Shown in pieces: positions 48,173-57,444 of a stretch of 64,000 nt of DNA. The notes beneath the pieces were generated by a model, which was not told where the DNA came from, did no database searches, and saw only the letters and a list, made by a program, of their open reading frames with translations. Source of the DNA: Acidobacteriota bacterium (lineage in GTDB: Bacteria; Acidobacteriota; UBA890; WLXD01); NCBI GenBank assembly GCA_963666055.2, contig CAXWPH010000015.1:1312001-1376000 (forward strand). The letters run 5' to 3'. A program made the position numbers and the translations under genes. Numbering within the stretch: the first letter of the stretch is position 1; every line of letters begins with the position of its first letter.

Positions 48173-50086
48173 TCACGTTGTCGACAACAAGTCCGTCACC
48201 GCCCGATGCGCCTCACCAATGGCAACCTCGGTCATGGCCCACGCGCCCGCGTCGGAGTTGGCGATGGCGATCCGGCCAAAAGGTTGGCGGGCGACGAGCC
48301 ACGGACGACGCTCGGGCGGTAGATCATCGGGTCTCCACGCGACCTCACCCGTCTTCGGATCCTGGCCGTATGCATAGCCGTGTGGCCAGCGATTCACGGT
48401 TATCGCCGCGATGTCGCGCGCCGGGTCGAAGCCTCCGGCTGACAGTATCCGGCCGAGCTGATCCCTGATCTTGCGCTCGAAGGTCGCGAACGTCGTCGCC
48501 AGCAGACGCCGGCGCGCGGCCTTCCACTGCTCAGGCACGGACCGCCCGCGGGCCTCCGGCACCAGGGGAATGCGGAACATACGCACGACGATGGGCTCGT
48601 CAGGCGTGCTCGCGTGTCGGTAGCTCCCAATGCTGAGCGGTCGCTGCACATTAACGTTCTCGAAGTAGCTGCCTGGGCAGCGCACCCTGCTCACACCGAG
48701 CTTGGCGAAGGCGGTCCAGTTGCGGATCAGGACGTTGGTGTAGATAAGGGGCGCCTTGAGTGCGATCGATAGCGCGTGTTTTTGCGGATCCGGCAGTTCC
48801 TCGCAAATCAAAGGGATCACGGCGTTGTAGCAGGCGAGCACGCAACGACCGGCGCGAACTCGCCGGGCGTGGCCGTGGCGGACGTAGGTGACCTCGACTT
48901 CCTTGGCGATTCGCCGATCGCCACGGTGAGCTACCTGCACCGCTGTGCTCTCCAGCCGCACGCGGACAGCCGAGCCCTCCCGATCGAGCTTGCCATAGTC
49001 GAACGGAGCGTCGACAACGTCCTCCATCGTGCTGCCGGAAGCGACCTCTGGGATCAGCGACCGGACGATCAGACGCGCGATTGACGCGTTGCCATCCGGA
49101 AACTGGAAGAAAGCACGCTCCTCGACGGGTTCGGCATCGTCGTCGCCGAGCCCCAGCCCGGTGGTCCCAGGCCAGCTGCCGGCGACGAGCCAGGCGGGGA
49201 CGCCATCGAGGCCGATAGTCCAACCGCCGGAGGTCTCGAGGAAGGAGATTGCCTCGCGACCGACCTTGGCCACCTTCAAGAGAAAGTCCTCGTAGCTCGT
49301 GCGCCGAAGAAACGCGGCCTTCTCCTCCAAGCTGAGGTGGGCCAAGTAATCGATGCTCGAGTCGTGGAGTCGTAGGATGTCATCACGTGCCCCTTCGGAC
49401 AGGGGCGCGCGCGCCAGGAACTCGCGCCAAGAGGGCTCGCCTTCGCCTACTAGCAGGCGATCGGTGCCGAACGTTTCGCGGTCGAAGAAAACCGATCTGC
49501 GCAGGCCGAGCGAGCTGTACAGGTCGCTATCGACGAATTCGGAGTAACGGCTTACGTCGATGCCAATCCCGCGGATCAGGCGCTGGGCTCCTTCACCGTA
49601 CTCGTTCAGGTTGGAGATAAAGACCGTGCCGCCATGCGACAGGAACACCCGACCGTCGAGCCGGAACTCGTTGCGCTTGGCATGACCGCCGAAGTCGTCG
49701 TGGTTGTCGAGAATCAAGATGCGGGCGCCGGGAACAGCTTCTTGATAGAACCACGCCGCCGCGAGGCCGCTGAGGCCACCGCCAACCACGACCAGATCAT
49801 AGAGCTCACCCGTCTCCTCCGCGTTGTCCCAGCGCATGCCTTCGACAAGCTGGTGGGCAACCTCGTAGGAGCCGTCGTGGCTGCCGCGCATACCAGTGCG
49901 GATGGGTGGATACGTGTCGGCGAGGGCCTGTGAGACTCTTCCCGGAGCCTCAGGGCTCGCCAGGGCGTTCGTCTGCGCCCATGGGAGCGTGAGACTGCCG
50001 CTCAGCGCAACGCTGATACCGGAGACAAAGTCGCGACGGTTAATCTCCCGGTGCATCCCGAGATCACGATCATCACTGCTGGACAT
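48173..50086 (-). CDS. Spermidine dehydrogenase-like FAD oxidoreductase, Tat motif
   Basis: INRRDF, GMRGSH, DNHDDFGGHAKRNE, FPDGNA, NRWPHGY. Confidence 0.88.
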   Translation of the reverse strand: MSSSDDRDLGMHREINRRDFVSGISVALSGSLTLPWAQTNALASPEAPGRVSQALADTYPPIRTGMRGSHDGSYEVAHQLVEGMRWDNAEETGELYDLVVVGGGLSGLAAAWFYQEAVPGARILILDNHDDFGGHAKRNEFRLDGRVFLSHGGTVFISNLNEYGEGAQRLIRGIGIDVSRYSEFVDSDLYSSLGLRRSVFFDRETFGTDRLLVGEGEPSWREFLARAPLSEGARDDILRLHDSSIDYLAHLSLEEKAAFLRRTSYEDFLLKVAKVGREAISFLETSGGWTIGLDGVPAWLVAGSWPGTTGLGLGDDDAEPVEERAFFQFPDGNASIARLIVRSLIPEVASGSTMEDVVDAPFDYGKLDREGSAVRVRLESTAVQVAHRGDRRIAKEVEVTYVRHGHARRVRAGRCVLACYNAVIPLICEELPDPQKHALSIALKAPLIYTNVLIRNWTAFAKLGVSRVRCPGSYFENVNVQRPLSIGSYRHASTPDEPIVVRMFRIPLVPEARGRSVPEQWKAARRRLLATTFATFERKIRDQLGRILSAGGFDPARDIAAITVNRWPHGYAYGQDPKTGEVAWRPDDLPPERRPWLVARQPFGRIAIANSDAGAWAMTEVAIGEAHRAVTDLLSTT

Positions 50087-50238
50087 AGGTCGTCCTCCAG
50101 CTTCTCTGACGCCGTAGCTGCGCGGATCGTCGGTTCTCGAGTCCCTACCGATTCCCCTCGTGTCCAAACTCTACCGTTCCGGAGCCTAATGCCCAGCTGC
50201 GCTGAGCGCCACGGCACGTCGGAGGGGAATCCGCCGAT

Positions 50239-50390
50239 CGTGTCGCGTGCTCGACACACCTGCCCCATACCGCTTTCACCGAGCGGGGCGAGGGTCTCGT
50301 AGTGGCCTAATCGCGTGCCAGGTTCCATAGCGCTGCCAGCCGGGGTTGGGTGGGCGCGTGAAGCCTATCGTCGGGGCACGCGGGGGTCTA
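50239..50390 (-). pseudogene. Kinase promoter plus first 30 codons
   Basis: TAGACC-N17-TAGGCT-N33-ATG(50328); MEPGTRLGHYETLAPLGESGMGQVCRARDT. Confidence 0.88.
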
Positions 50391-50557
50391 CGGGCGGGCA
50401 CCGCCGTGGCCCCAGCTTCGCGTGCCGGAACGCCCCGATACCTCAAGTAGTCGACTCCAGTCGACTGGCGTCTACTGGAGTGAACCCCAGTCGTGGAGAC
50501 GTTTTGGAGACGGCAAGTCAGCGACGCGGCGGATCTTGGTGGTCTGCGCTGGGTAGG

Positions 50558-50990
50558 CTACGGCTCCGTCGGCACGAGCCGCTTCAGCTCGTCGAACCAT
50601 TTGAGCACAACTTCGATCTGGGTAACCGGCTCCGCCGGCTCGGAGAATTTGATCATCACAAGATCGCCGTCGGGAGTGATGTCGTAGGCTCGGACGGGGC
50701 TCGTCCAGACCACCCCCGGCGCCTCAAACAACACGCTCGGCGTTCCGAGATCGAGTGTTTCACCGCCGGTGACTGTGACCTCGACGATCATCATCCGCTC
50801 ATACAGCTCTCCTGCTCGATACAAGAGCGCTTGCCCGTCCCTCCCCCACACCGGGCTGGTGCCACCGTTCGTCGAGATCCGTATCTCTGGGTCTGGTCCC
50901 GGGAAAGGCCGCACGTAAATCTCGTGCTGCCCCGTGTGATCGGAGGCATAGGCTAACCACGTCCCAACTGGCGAGAACGTCGGGGGATAC
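50558..50990 (-). pseudogene. Kinase-propeller C-terminal remnant
   Basis: FSPVGTWLAYASDHTGQHEIYVRPFPG...WFDELKRLVPTEP*. Confidence 0.85.
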
Positions 50991-51043
50991 GCCCCCGAGG
51001 ACCCCAAGGGGTGTAAGCTCGGGAAAATCGCCGTGAGGGAATT

Positions 51044-51259
51044 ATGTTCGGCTCGATCGGGGGCACTGAGCTCCTCATTATCCTGGTGATCGCGCTCGTG
51101 GCGTTCGGCCCGAAGCGTCTGCCGGAGCTGGGGCGCACGATTGGCAAGGGCCTGCGTGAGTTCCGACGAGCCTCGAACGACCTGAAACGCTCGCTTGAAG
51201 ATGAGATCATGCTCGATGAGCACCGTAGCGAGCGGACGGGTTCTCGCGATACTGACTGA
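51044..51259 (+). CDS. tatA: Twin-arginine translocase TatA/TatB-family subunit
   Basis: MFGSIGGTELLIILVIALVAFGPKRLPELGR. Confidence 0.88.
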   Translation: MFGSIGGTELLIILVIALVAFGPKRLPELGRTIGKGLREFRRASNDLKRSLEDEIMLDEHRSERTGSRDTD

Positions 51260-51371
51260 GCGAGTGAACCGACTGGACGAGTGGTCGGAGTAACCGCGCG
51301 GTGAGCGAGTCTGAAGGCGCGACGATGGCCGAGGACCAGCCGGGAGCTGGCCGGACGAGACGCTACCGGAA

Positions 51372-51484
51372 ATGACGTTGCTCGGTCACCTGACCGAGCT
51401 CCGCCGACGCCTCATCGTCAGCTTGGTGACGTTCGTCATCGGGATGGTGGTGTGCTGGGCGTTCGCGGCGGACATCTACAGGCG
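51372..51484 (+). pseudogene. tatC: TatC N-terminal fragment
   Basis: MTLLGHLTELRRRLIVS; homology ends after the first TM. Confidence 0.8.
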
Positions 51485-51613
51485 GATGTCCCAGCTCGTC
51501 CCAGGACGCTGTTCCTGGAAGACCAAGTTCCCGTCGAACGACCAGGCCCATGGGGATTGGATGTTCGGGCTCTTGGTGAGCTGCTCGACCTCCCCGCTGC
51601 CGTCGGCCCTCTG
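51485..51613 (-). pseudogene. Kinase-propeller internal remnant
   Basis: QRADGSGEVEQLTKSPNIQSPWAWSFDGNLVFQEQRPGTSWDI aligns to SVEGSREPEELI..PSDWSADG..GGDV of the intact kinase. Confidence 0.75.
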
Positions 51614-51786
51614 GATCAGTTTGGACCTCGTCTGGACCCTGGCGTTGGGCGTTACCGGCGTGCTGCCCCTGTTGTTGGGGAGTGGGTAACGGCGGGGGAA
51701 CGTGAGCCCCCCGTGATCGCTACGGCGCTATGTCGCTTCGATGAGCGCCTCGATCGCCAGATGCGCCGCGCCGATCGCACCTTCGG

Positions 51787-51981
51787 TCATCGCTCGTGCA
51801 CGCTCCACAGAGTCATCGGATCGCTCCAGAGGTCGTAGAGCAGCAGTGGGGAGGTGCGCGTATCCGGATCGTTGATCTCCAACGAAGCGCCCCAGTGACC
51901 GTCCACCACCTCGATGACGCCCTCCAGCTCGCCGCCATCGGCATCGAACCCCTGGCGCTCCTCGTTGCTCAGACAAAGCAT
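51787..51981 (-). CDS. Hypothetical protein
   Basis: Short acidic ORF; no recognised motif. Confidence 0.35.
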   Translation of the reverse strand: MLCLSNEERQGFDADGGELEGVIEVVDGHWGASLEINDPDTRTSPLLLYDLWSDPMTLWSVHER

Positions 51982-52049
51982 CCGATCACTACCTCACGGC
52001 CAGACGGGGCAGCGGCACCGTGGGCCTCGACTTTCGGGCGGGCGGGCTT

Positions 52050-53957
52050 CTACGCCAGCAGATCGCGGATCGCCCGGTGTCCTTGGTCGATGGCACAATC
52101 GACGTAGGCTTCGCCACCGGCATCCGAGTTGGCAACTGCCACCCTTCCGAACGGCTTACGGCCGATGACACAGGGCATGTCCTCGTCGGTCCAGTCCGGC
52201 TCGCCGAGGTAGGCGTACTCGTAGGCGTAGCCGTGCGGCCAACGGTTGACGGTAATGGCCTCGATATCGGAGGCTGGATCAAAGCCTCCGGCACCGAGGA
52301 TGCGGCCGAGTTGGTCCCGAATGTTGTGCTCGAAGACCCTGAAGGGGGTCGTCAACAGCTCATAGCGTCCCGCCCGGAACTGCTCTTTGGGCGGCAAGCC
52401 GGGCTTCGTCGAGCTGCGAGAGAGGTGCAACGCCGTCGGCTCATCCGGAGAGCTCGGGTAGCGATAGTCGCCGAGGCTGACAGGGAAGTCCAGGCTGACT
52501 CCGGCGAAATAACTACCCGGACAGGAGACACCGCTAATCCCCAGCTTGTGGAAGCAGCGCCAGTTGCGGATCACGACGTTCGTATAGGTTAGCGGCAGCT
52601 TCACTGCATAGGAGAGGGCTTGCTTTTGTTGCTCCGGCATCTCCGGGCAAAGATACGGAATGACGCTGTTCCAACAGGCCAGTACCGCGTAACTACCCCT
52701 CACCCGCTCTGCTTTGCCGGCTCGCACGTAGGTTAGCTCGACATCGGCGGCACTCTCGGGCGCCCCCCGATGGAGCACCCGGACCACCGTGCTGTCGAGA
52801 CGCACTCGCGCCGGCGCACCGGGCTCGTCGAGCCGACCGTAATCGAAGCGCGCGGTCACCACATCGTCCATCGTGTTGCCTGCTGCGACGGCCGGGATCA
52901 ACGCCCGTACGATCAGCCGTGGGATCGAGGCGTTGCCGTCGGGAAAATGGAAGATATAGGGGTCGTCTTGCTGGTTGGCTTTCGCCGGCGCCCCCATTCT
53001 GCTCACCATGCTGCGTTCCAACCCGATTCCGTCGAATCCAGGGTACTCCAGCCTCCAGCCACGGATCGCAGCAACCCCATCGATGCCGATGCCGAACAGA
53101 CCGTTGCTGCGGGTCTGGAGATAGGTGGCGACCATAGGGTCGACCTTGGCATATTGCCGCAAGTAATCCCGGTAGCTTATGGCGCTCAGTCGACGGAGCT
53201 TCTGCTCGGGCGTGAGGTCCGGCATATAGTCGATGGACGCCGTGTAGAGTCGCACCAGATCCTTGCGCGCCGTCTCGGGAAGTGGTGTCAGCGCTGCGAA
53301 CTCCTCCCATGACATGCCGTCACGGACGATCAGCCGATCGTCGCCAAAGGTTTCGCGGTCGAAGAAGACGGCGCGCTTGAGACCGAGGGAGGCGAACAAC
53401 TCGGTGTCGAATGCCTCCTGAAAGCGCTCGAGATCGACCCCCAGATCGCTGAGCAACCGATGGCTCTCGGCGCTGAAGCCGGACGGTGTATCGATCGATT
53501 GGCTGCCTCCATAACCGATTAGCGGTCGTCCGCCAGCCTCGAACTCGTTGCGCTTGGCGTGACCGCCAAAGTCGTCGTGGTTGTCGAGCACCAGAATCTT
53601 GGCTTCCGGCCCAACCGCCTGACGGAAGAAATATGCGGCCGCCAGACCGCTGATACCGGCCCCCACGACGACCAGATCGTAGCGCTCACCCGTATCGGTA
53701 GCTTCGTCCTCCCAGGACCTGCCGTCCTTGAGCTCGTGGGAGGCCTCCCAGGAGCCATCGTGGCTTCCCCGCATGCCCGTGAGCATCGGTGGGTAGGCTG
53801 CGGCTGCCCCGTCGCCTGTGATCTCCAACGGTGTTGCCGACGCCAATCCGCCCAGACCCGGTACCCCGAGCAACGAACCAGCGACGGAGATCCGCACTCC
53901 GTCGAGAAAATCCCGCCGACTGATCGGCCGATTCATGCCGAGATCCCGATCACTCAC
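52050..53957 (-). CDS. Spermidine dehydrogenase-like FAD oxidoreductase, Tat motif
   Basis: ISRRDFL, GMRGSH, DNHDDFGGHAKRNE, HFPDGNA, NRWPHGY. Confidence 0.9.
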   Translation of the reverse strand: MSDRDLGMNRPISRRDFLDGVRISVAGSLLGVPGLGGLASATPLEITGDGAAAAYPPMLTGMRGSHDGSWEASHELKDGRSWEDEATDTGERYDLVVVGAGISGLAAAYFFRQAVGPEAKILVLDNHDDFGGHAKRNEFEAGGRPLIGYGGSQSIDTPSGFSAESHRLLSDLGVDLERFQEAFDTELFASLGLKRAVFFDRETFGDDRLIVRDGMSWEEFAALTPLPETARKDLVRLYTASIDYMPDLTPEQKLRRLSAISYRDYLRQYAKVDPMVATYLQTRSNGLFGIGIDGVAAIRGWRLEYPGFDGIGLERSMVSRMGAPAKANQQDDPYIFHFPDGNASIPRLIVRALIPAVAAGNTMDDVVTARFDYGRLDEPGAPARVRLDSTVVRVLHRGAPESAADVELTYVRAGKAERVRGSYAVLACWNSVIPYLCPEMPEQQKQALSYAVKLPLTYTNVVIRNWRCFHKLGISGVSCPGSYFAGVSLDFPVSLGDYRYPSSPDEPTALHLSRSSTKPGLPPKEQFRAGRYELLTTPFRVFEHNIRDQLGRILGAGGFDPASDIEAITVNRWPHGYAYEYAYLGEPDWTDEDMPCVIGRKPFGRVAVANSDAGGEAYVDCAIDQGHRAIRDLLA

Positions 53958-54124
53958 CGCCGTCTTCCACCTCGTGGATCGAGCCGACCATCGCTCGCAG
54001 ACTCACGGAAACAACACCGCCCCGGAAGGCTCAGGCGGTGATCAAAACACAAAGCCCGCAATCAGAAAAGCGAACCGCAGAAAGACCGGCGGCCAAGAAT
54101 CCGAAGGGCTCGGCGATCACCACC

Positions 54125-54220
54125 CATGGCGATGAAGCGCACGCCGTCCGACTCATCGAACCCGTGGATGGTGGCGATGTTGGGGTGGTTCAGCGAGGCG
54201 AGCAGCTTGGCTTCGCGCTC
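54125..54220 (-). pseudogene. Kinase fragment (subdomains III-V)
   Basis: EREAKLLASLNHPNIATIHGFDESDGVRFIAM, identical in protein to the intact kinase. Confidence 0.9.
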
Positions 54221-54813
54221 CGCCCTTCTTCTTCAGCGAACTTTCCTGGTGCTCACGATAAGCTCAGCGCATCCCGACGAAGCCTGCTATCGACCGCGCC
54301 CTCGCCGCCAGACAAGAGAACGGTACTAAGTGACCGATCCGAAGAGCGACAAACTGTGGACGGCCCAGGACACAGGGAAATATCCGGAGCCTCCTCCTCC
54401 TCCTCGTCCTCCTCTTCCTCCTCCACCTCCGCCGGCGCCGCCCGATCGGCGATGGCCCGCGACTACTTCGCCCCACTATCAGAAATAGGGAAAGTCGCGG
54501 GCAGAACTTAGCTCCCCGACATCATGTAGCCGTGTCCGAGTTGCTCCGTGCTCCCCGCGCTGTAGCCGAGTCGCCCCCGTTGCGACTAGGATGAGGTTTA
54601 CCTCTCGGCGCGGGACAAGGTTGGTCCTCAACCCGACCGCCGCTAGCGGGCAACGCTGGGACCTGCCGGTGAGGGGACCCCTAACGGCGAGAGTCCCGCG
54701 TTGAGGGGTCTCGCATCTAGCCGCGCTTGATCCGGTGCCCCTTCACGGCTGCGGCGCGTCCCGTCCCATGACCCCGACCACCTACCGAGCCCTCCAGTGA
54801 GAGGCCGCCGAGC

Positions 54814-55140
54814 ATGAGCAAGCTGGGCTTCGTCGACGGACGGCACTACTCGGCCTACGTGGTGGAGGTTCGTCACCTCAAGCGGGTGGGCGACTTCGAT
54901 GGCGCGAAGGAGCTTCTCCTGCGCCTGGTGGACGCCTCCGAGGCCGAGGCCGAGGGCGGAGGCTGGTGGGTTGATCCGTGGTACTACGAACACCTGGCTA
55001 TTATCTACCGGAAGAAGAAGCAGCCGGCCGACGAGCTCGCGATCCTCGAGCGGTACGAACGGCAAGCGAAGGCCCTTGGGGCCGTTCCAGAGAGGCTGGC
55101 TAAGCGCCTGGCCGGCTTGCGGGCCGAGGCGGCCCGATGA
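54814..55140 (+). CDS. Hypothetical helical (TPR-like) protein
   Basis: PWYYEHLAIIYRK...ELAILERY. Confidence 0.65.
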   Translation: MSKLGFVDGRHYSAYVVEVRHLKRVGDFDGAKELLLRLVDASEAEAEGGGWWVDPWYYEHLAIIYRKKKQPADELAILERYERQAKALGAVPERLAKRLAGLRAEAAR

Positions 55141-55349
55141 GAAGCCAGCTCATCGCCCTAAAGATGGACCTTCTGTCAGGGCAGGTCAGCTATCGGTGCA
55201 AGTGCAGGCGTATCGTCCGGGTTCACGCCTCGAACCTATCTACCGGAGCGGTCGACTACTGCGGCTGCGGTCATTTGCGGATCAACCTCAGCCAGGCTCA
55301 AGTCAACGGACACCGACAGATGGCCGGTCTCCCCGACCTCGAGGAGTAG
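55137..55349 (+). CDS. Small Cys-rich protein
   Basis: YRCKC...G..DYCGC; ATGA coupling to the previous gene. Confidence 0.5.
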   Translation: MRSQLIALKMDLLSGQVSYRCKCRRIVRVHASNLSTGAVDYCGCGHLRINLSQAQVNGHRQMAGLPDLEE

Positions 55350-55476
55350 GGGCCCATGAATACGCTCGAGATCATCGACGGCGCCACCCTCGTCGTTCGA
55401 GACGAGGACGGGGCCGAACTCGGCCGGGTTCCAACGACAGCTCCCAATAGCACGAGTACCGACCAGGAGGGAAACC

Positions 55477-55887
55477 ATGCTGTATTCAGAAGCCTTTGCA
55501 CCACTCGGGGACCACGTGCGGGCGGTGGAAGAGGCCGTTCGCACGCGAGACTGGGAAGCCTGGGCCGCATGCTTCATCGAGGAAGGCGTTTTCGTACCGC
55601 CCAACCAGCCCAGTGTCCACGGCCGCTCAGCGCTTGTTGAATACGGGAACGGTTTACCCGCGCTATCTGCCGTCGCGTTCTCCGATGTGCACTTTGACGG
55701 CAGCGGCGAGGTGGCCGTCGGCTGGTCGGCTTATGAGATGACGCTGCTGATCGACGGACAGGAGGTCAAGGACTCGGGATCGCAGCTGTTCTACTGCGTG
55801 GGGCAAACCGATGGAAGCTGGCTGGTCGTGCGCTGGATGTACAACTCGGACTTCCGGCGGTGGGCTGAGGAGCGAAGTCCTGCATAA
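55477..55887 (+). CDS. SnoaL/NTF2-like (DUF4440) protein
   Basis: PPNQPSVHGR...DGSWLV. Confidence 0.75.
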   Translation: MLYSEAFAPLGDHVRAVEEAVRTRDWEAWAACFIEEGVFVPPNQPSVHGRSALVEYGNGLPALSAVAFSDVHFDGSGEVAVGWSAYEMTLLIDGQEVKDSGSQLFYCVGQTDGSWLVVRWMYNSDFRRWAEERSPA

Positions 55888-56440
55888 CGACAGGCCCGCG
55901 CTGGTCGTCGGTCTATCGGACTTCCGGCTGTGGGCGTGTCTCGCTGATCGACTTCGGCGTGGCGAACAACATCATGTCGATCAGGACGATCTCGCCGATC
56001 GACTTCTTCGCCGTGGTCGTAGGTGGATTCTTTTAGGCGGCAGTCTGGTCGCGCCGGGGTACAGACAACGCGAGCAGCCATCGCGCTTGATGATGTCGCG
56101 GACGTCCTCGAGCGTGTACCAGAGCCGGCCACAGTTCTCACAAACCGTCCACACGTAGACGCGGCCGCGGCACTGGTTCTGCTTGTAGACGATTCGGCCG
56201 GGAGCCAGGCGCATTATCGGCGCTGCCTTCGGATCTCTCGCAAGCTCCCACTTCCTACCCACAACCCCTAATCGTCGCACACCCGCCACGCCGACACGCG
56301 AGAGCCGCTTCGAAGGGGTCGTGTTCGTCCCACGTGTGGGCGAGCCGGACATCGGCTCTACGCTTCTGCACGCCCCTTGTAGTCGCCCAAGCCCCGGATC
56401 ACAGTTGCGCCCAGGATCAGCACAACGGACGAGGTGAGTG

Positions 56441-56848
56441 ATGAGTCTGGAGCAGCGAGTCGAGCGACTAGAGCGGGAGAACAGGCGGCTGAAGCTCGCC
56501 GGCGGTGCCGTGGTGGCGGTGCTGTTGATCGTTGCGCTGGTGGGTGCAGTGATGCCGCAGGGGATTCCCGAAGTAATAGATGCGCGGATGTTCCGGGTGG
56601 TTGACGAAAGCGGCACTGTACGCGCCACGCTGGGTGCAAGTGCCATCCGCTACTTCGACGAGAACAGCCACCAGCACGTCAGGATGAGCGACGAGGGCAT
56701 CACCTACTTCGACGAGGACCACAACATGCGGGCAACGCTTGGCCGCACCGAGATCGTCACGCCATCAACCGGAGCGACGACGACCTACCCGGCAGCCGTC
56801 GTCCTATACGACGCCGAGGGCAACGTCATCTGGCAAGCGCCACGGTAG
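56441..56848 (+). CDS. Hypothetical membrane-anchored beta-rich protein
   Basis: LEQRVERLERENRRLK, TM segment, D..G..RA.LG repeats, G.VIWQAP. Confidence 0.7.
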   Translation: MSLEQRVERLERENRRLKLAGGAVVAVLLIVALVGAVMPQGIPEVIDARMFRVVDESGTVRATLGASAIRYFDENSHQHVRMSDEGITYFDEDHNMRATLGRTEIVTPSTGATTTYPAAVVLYDAEGNVIWQAPR

Positions 56849-57155
56849 GGTGCCCAGCCCCGACGCTATGTGTTCTCAAAGCCCCCTTATCGAACTCATA
56901 AGTGATCGCGGGCCCGCCATTTGCGGACCTGCCAAGCCCCGCCCGTTCGAGGCAGCTGTCGGCGACGATGCTGCAACGCCGACCGGCCTGGTAGGCTGCA
57001 AAAGCGGTTGAGCAAGTCGCCCTGCGGCAACGTCCATCTGTTGGTACGGCCGAGCAGATGAGCCGCAAACGGAGGCGACTTGGCCGGCTAGAGCTGCTGA
57101 TGCGACAGTCAGAGAGACCTTCTGGAAAAGACTGGTATCAAAGGTACTGTCAAGT

Positions 57156-57388
57156 TTAACTGAACATACCCTTGCGCCACCGGTAGTACGTGTTCTCGCT
57201 GATACCCAGCTTCCGGCATGCCTCCGGTGTCTTGGCTCCCTGCGCCAGCTCGATCTCTGCCTCCCTGAGCTTGGCGATGATCTGCCCTACTGTGTACCGC
57301 TTCCGCGCCATTGTTCCCCCTTCCCGAGCCTTCCTGAGAGCCTCAAATCCTAATTCTCAATCCGGCCCGATTATTGGGGGGCAGGTCA
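57156..57388 (-). mobile_element. IS3-family left end with truncated orfA
   Basis: TGACCTGCCCCCC terminus at 57388; ATG 57311 MARKRYT..QIIAKLREAE...CRKLGISENTYYRWRK. Confidence 0.88.
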
Positions 57389-57444
57389 TCTCTGACAGCA
57401 GCAACCGTTTGCTAGGCGACGATCCGGCGGGGCGTGGCTGTGAT

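Noticed and set aside
50558-51223. 221-aa ORF as a real fusion protein
   Set aside because: Its N-terminal part is antisense tatA; only the C-terminal kinase remnant is genuine.
54389-54430. CTC-rich tract (poly-Ser on +, poly-Glu on -)
   Set aside because: Low-complexity fragment with no credible start; probably the tail of a lost gene.
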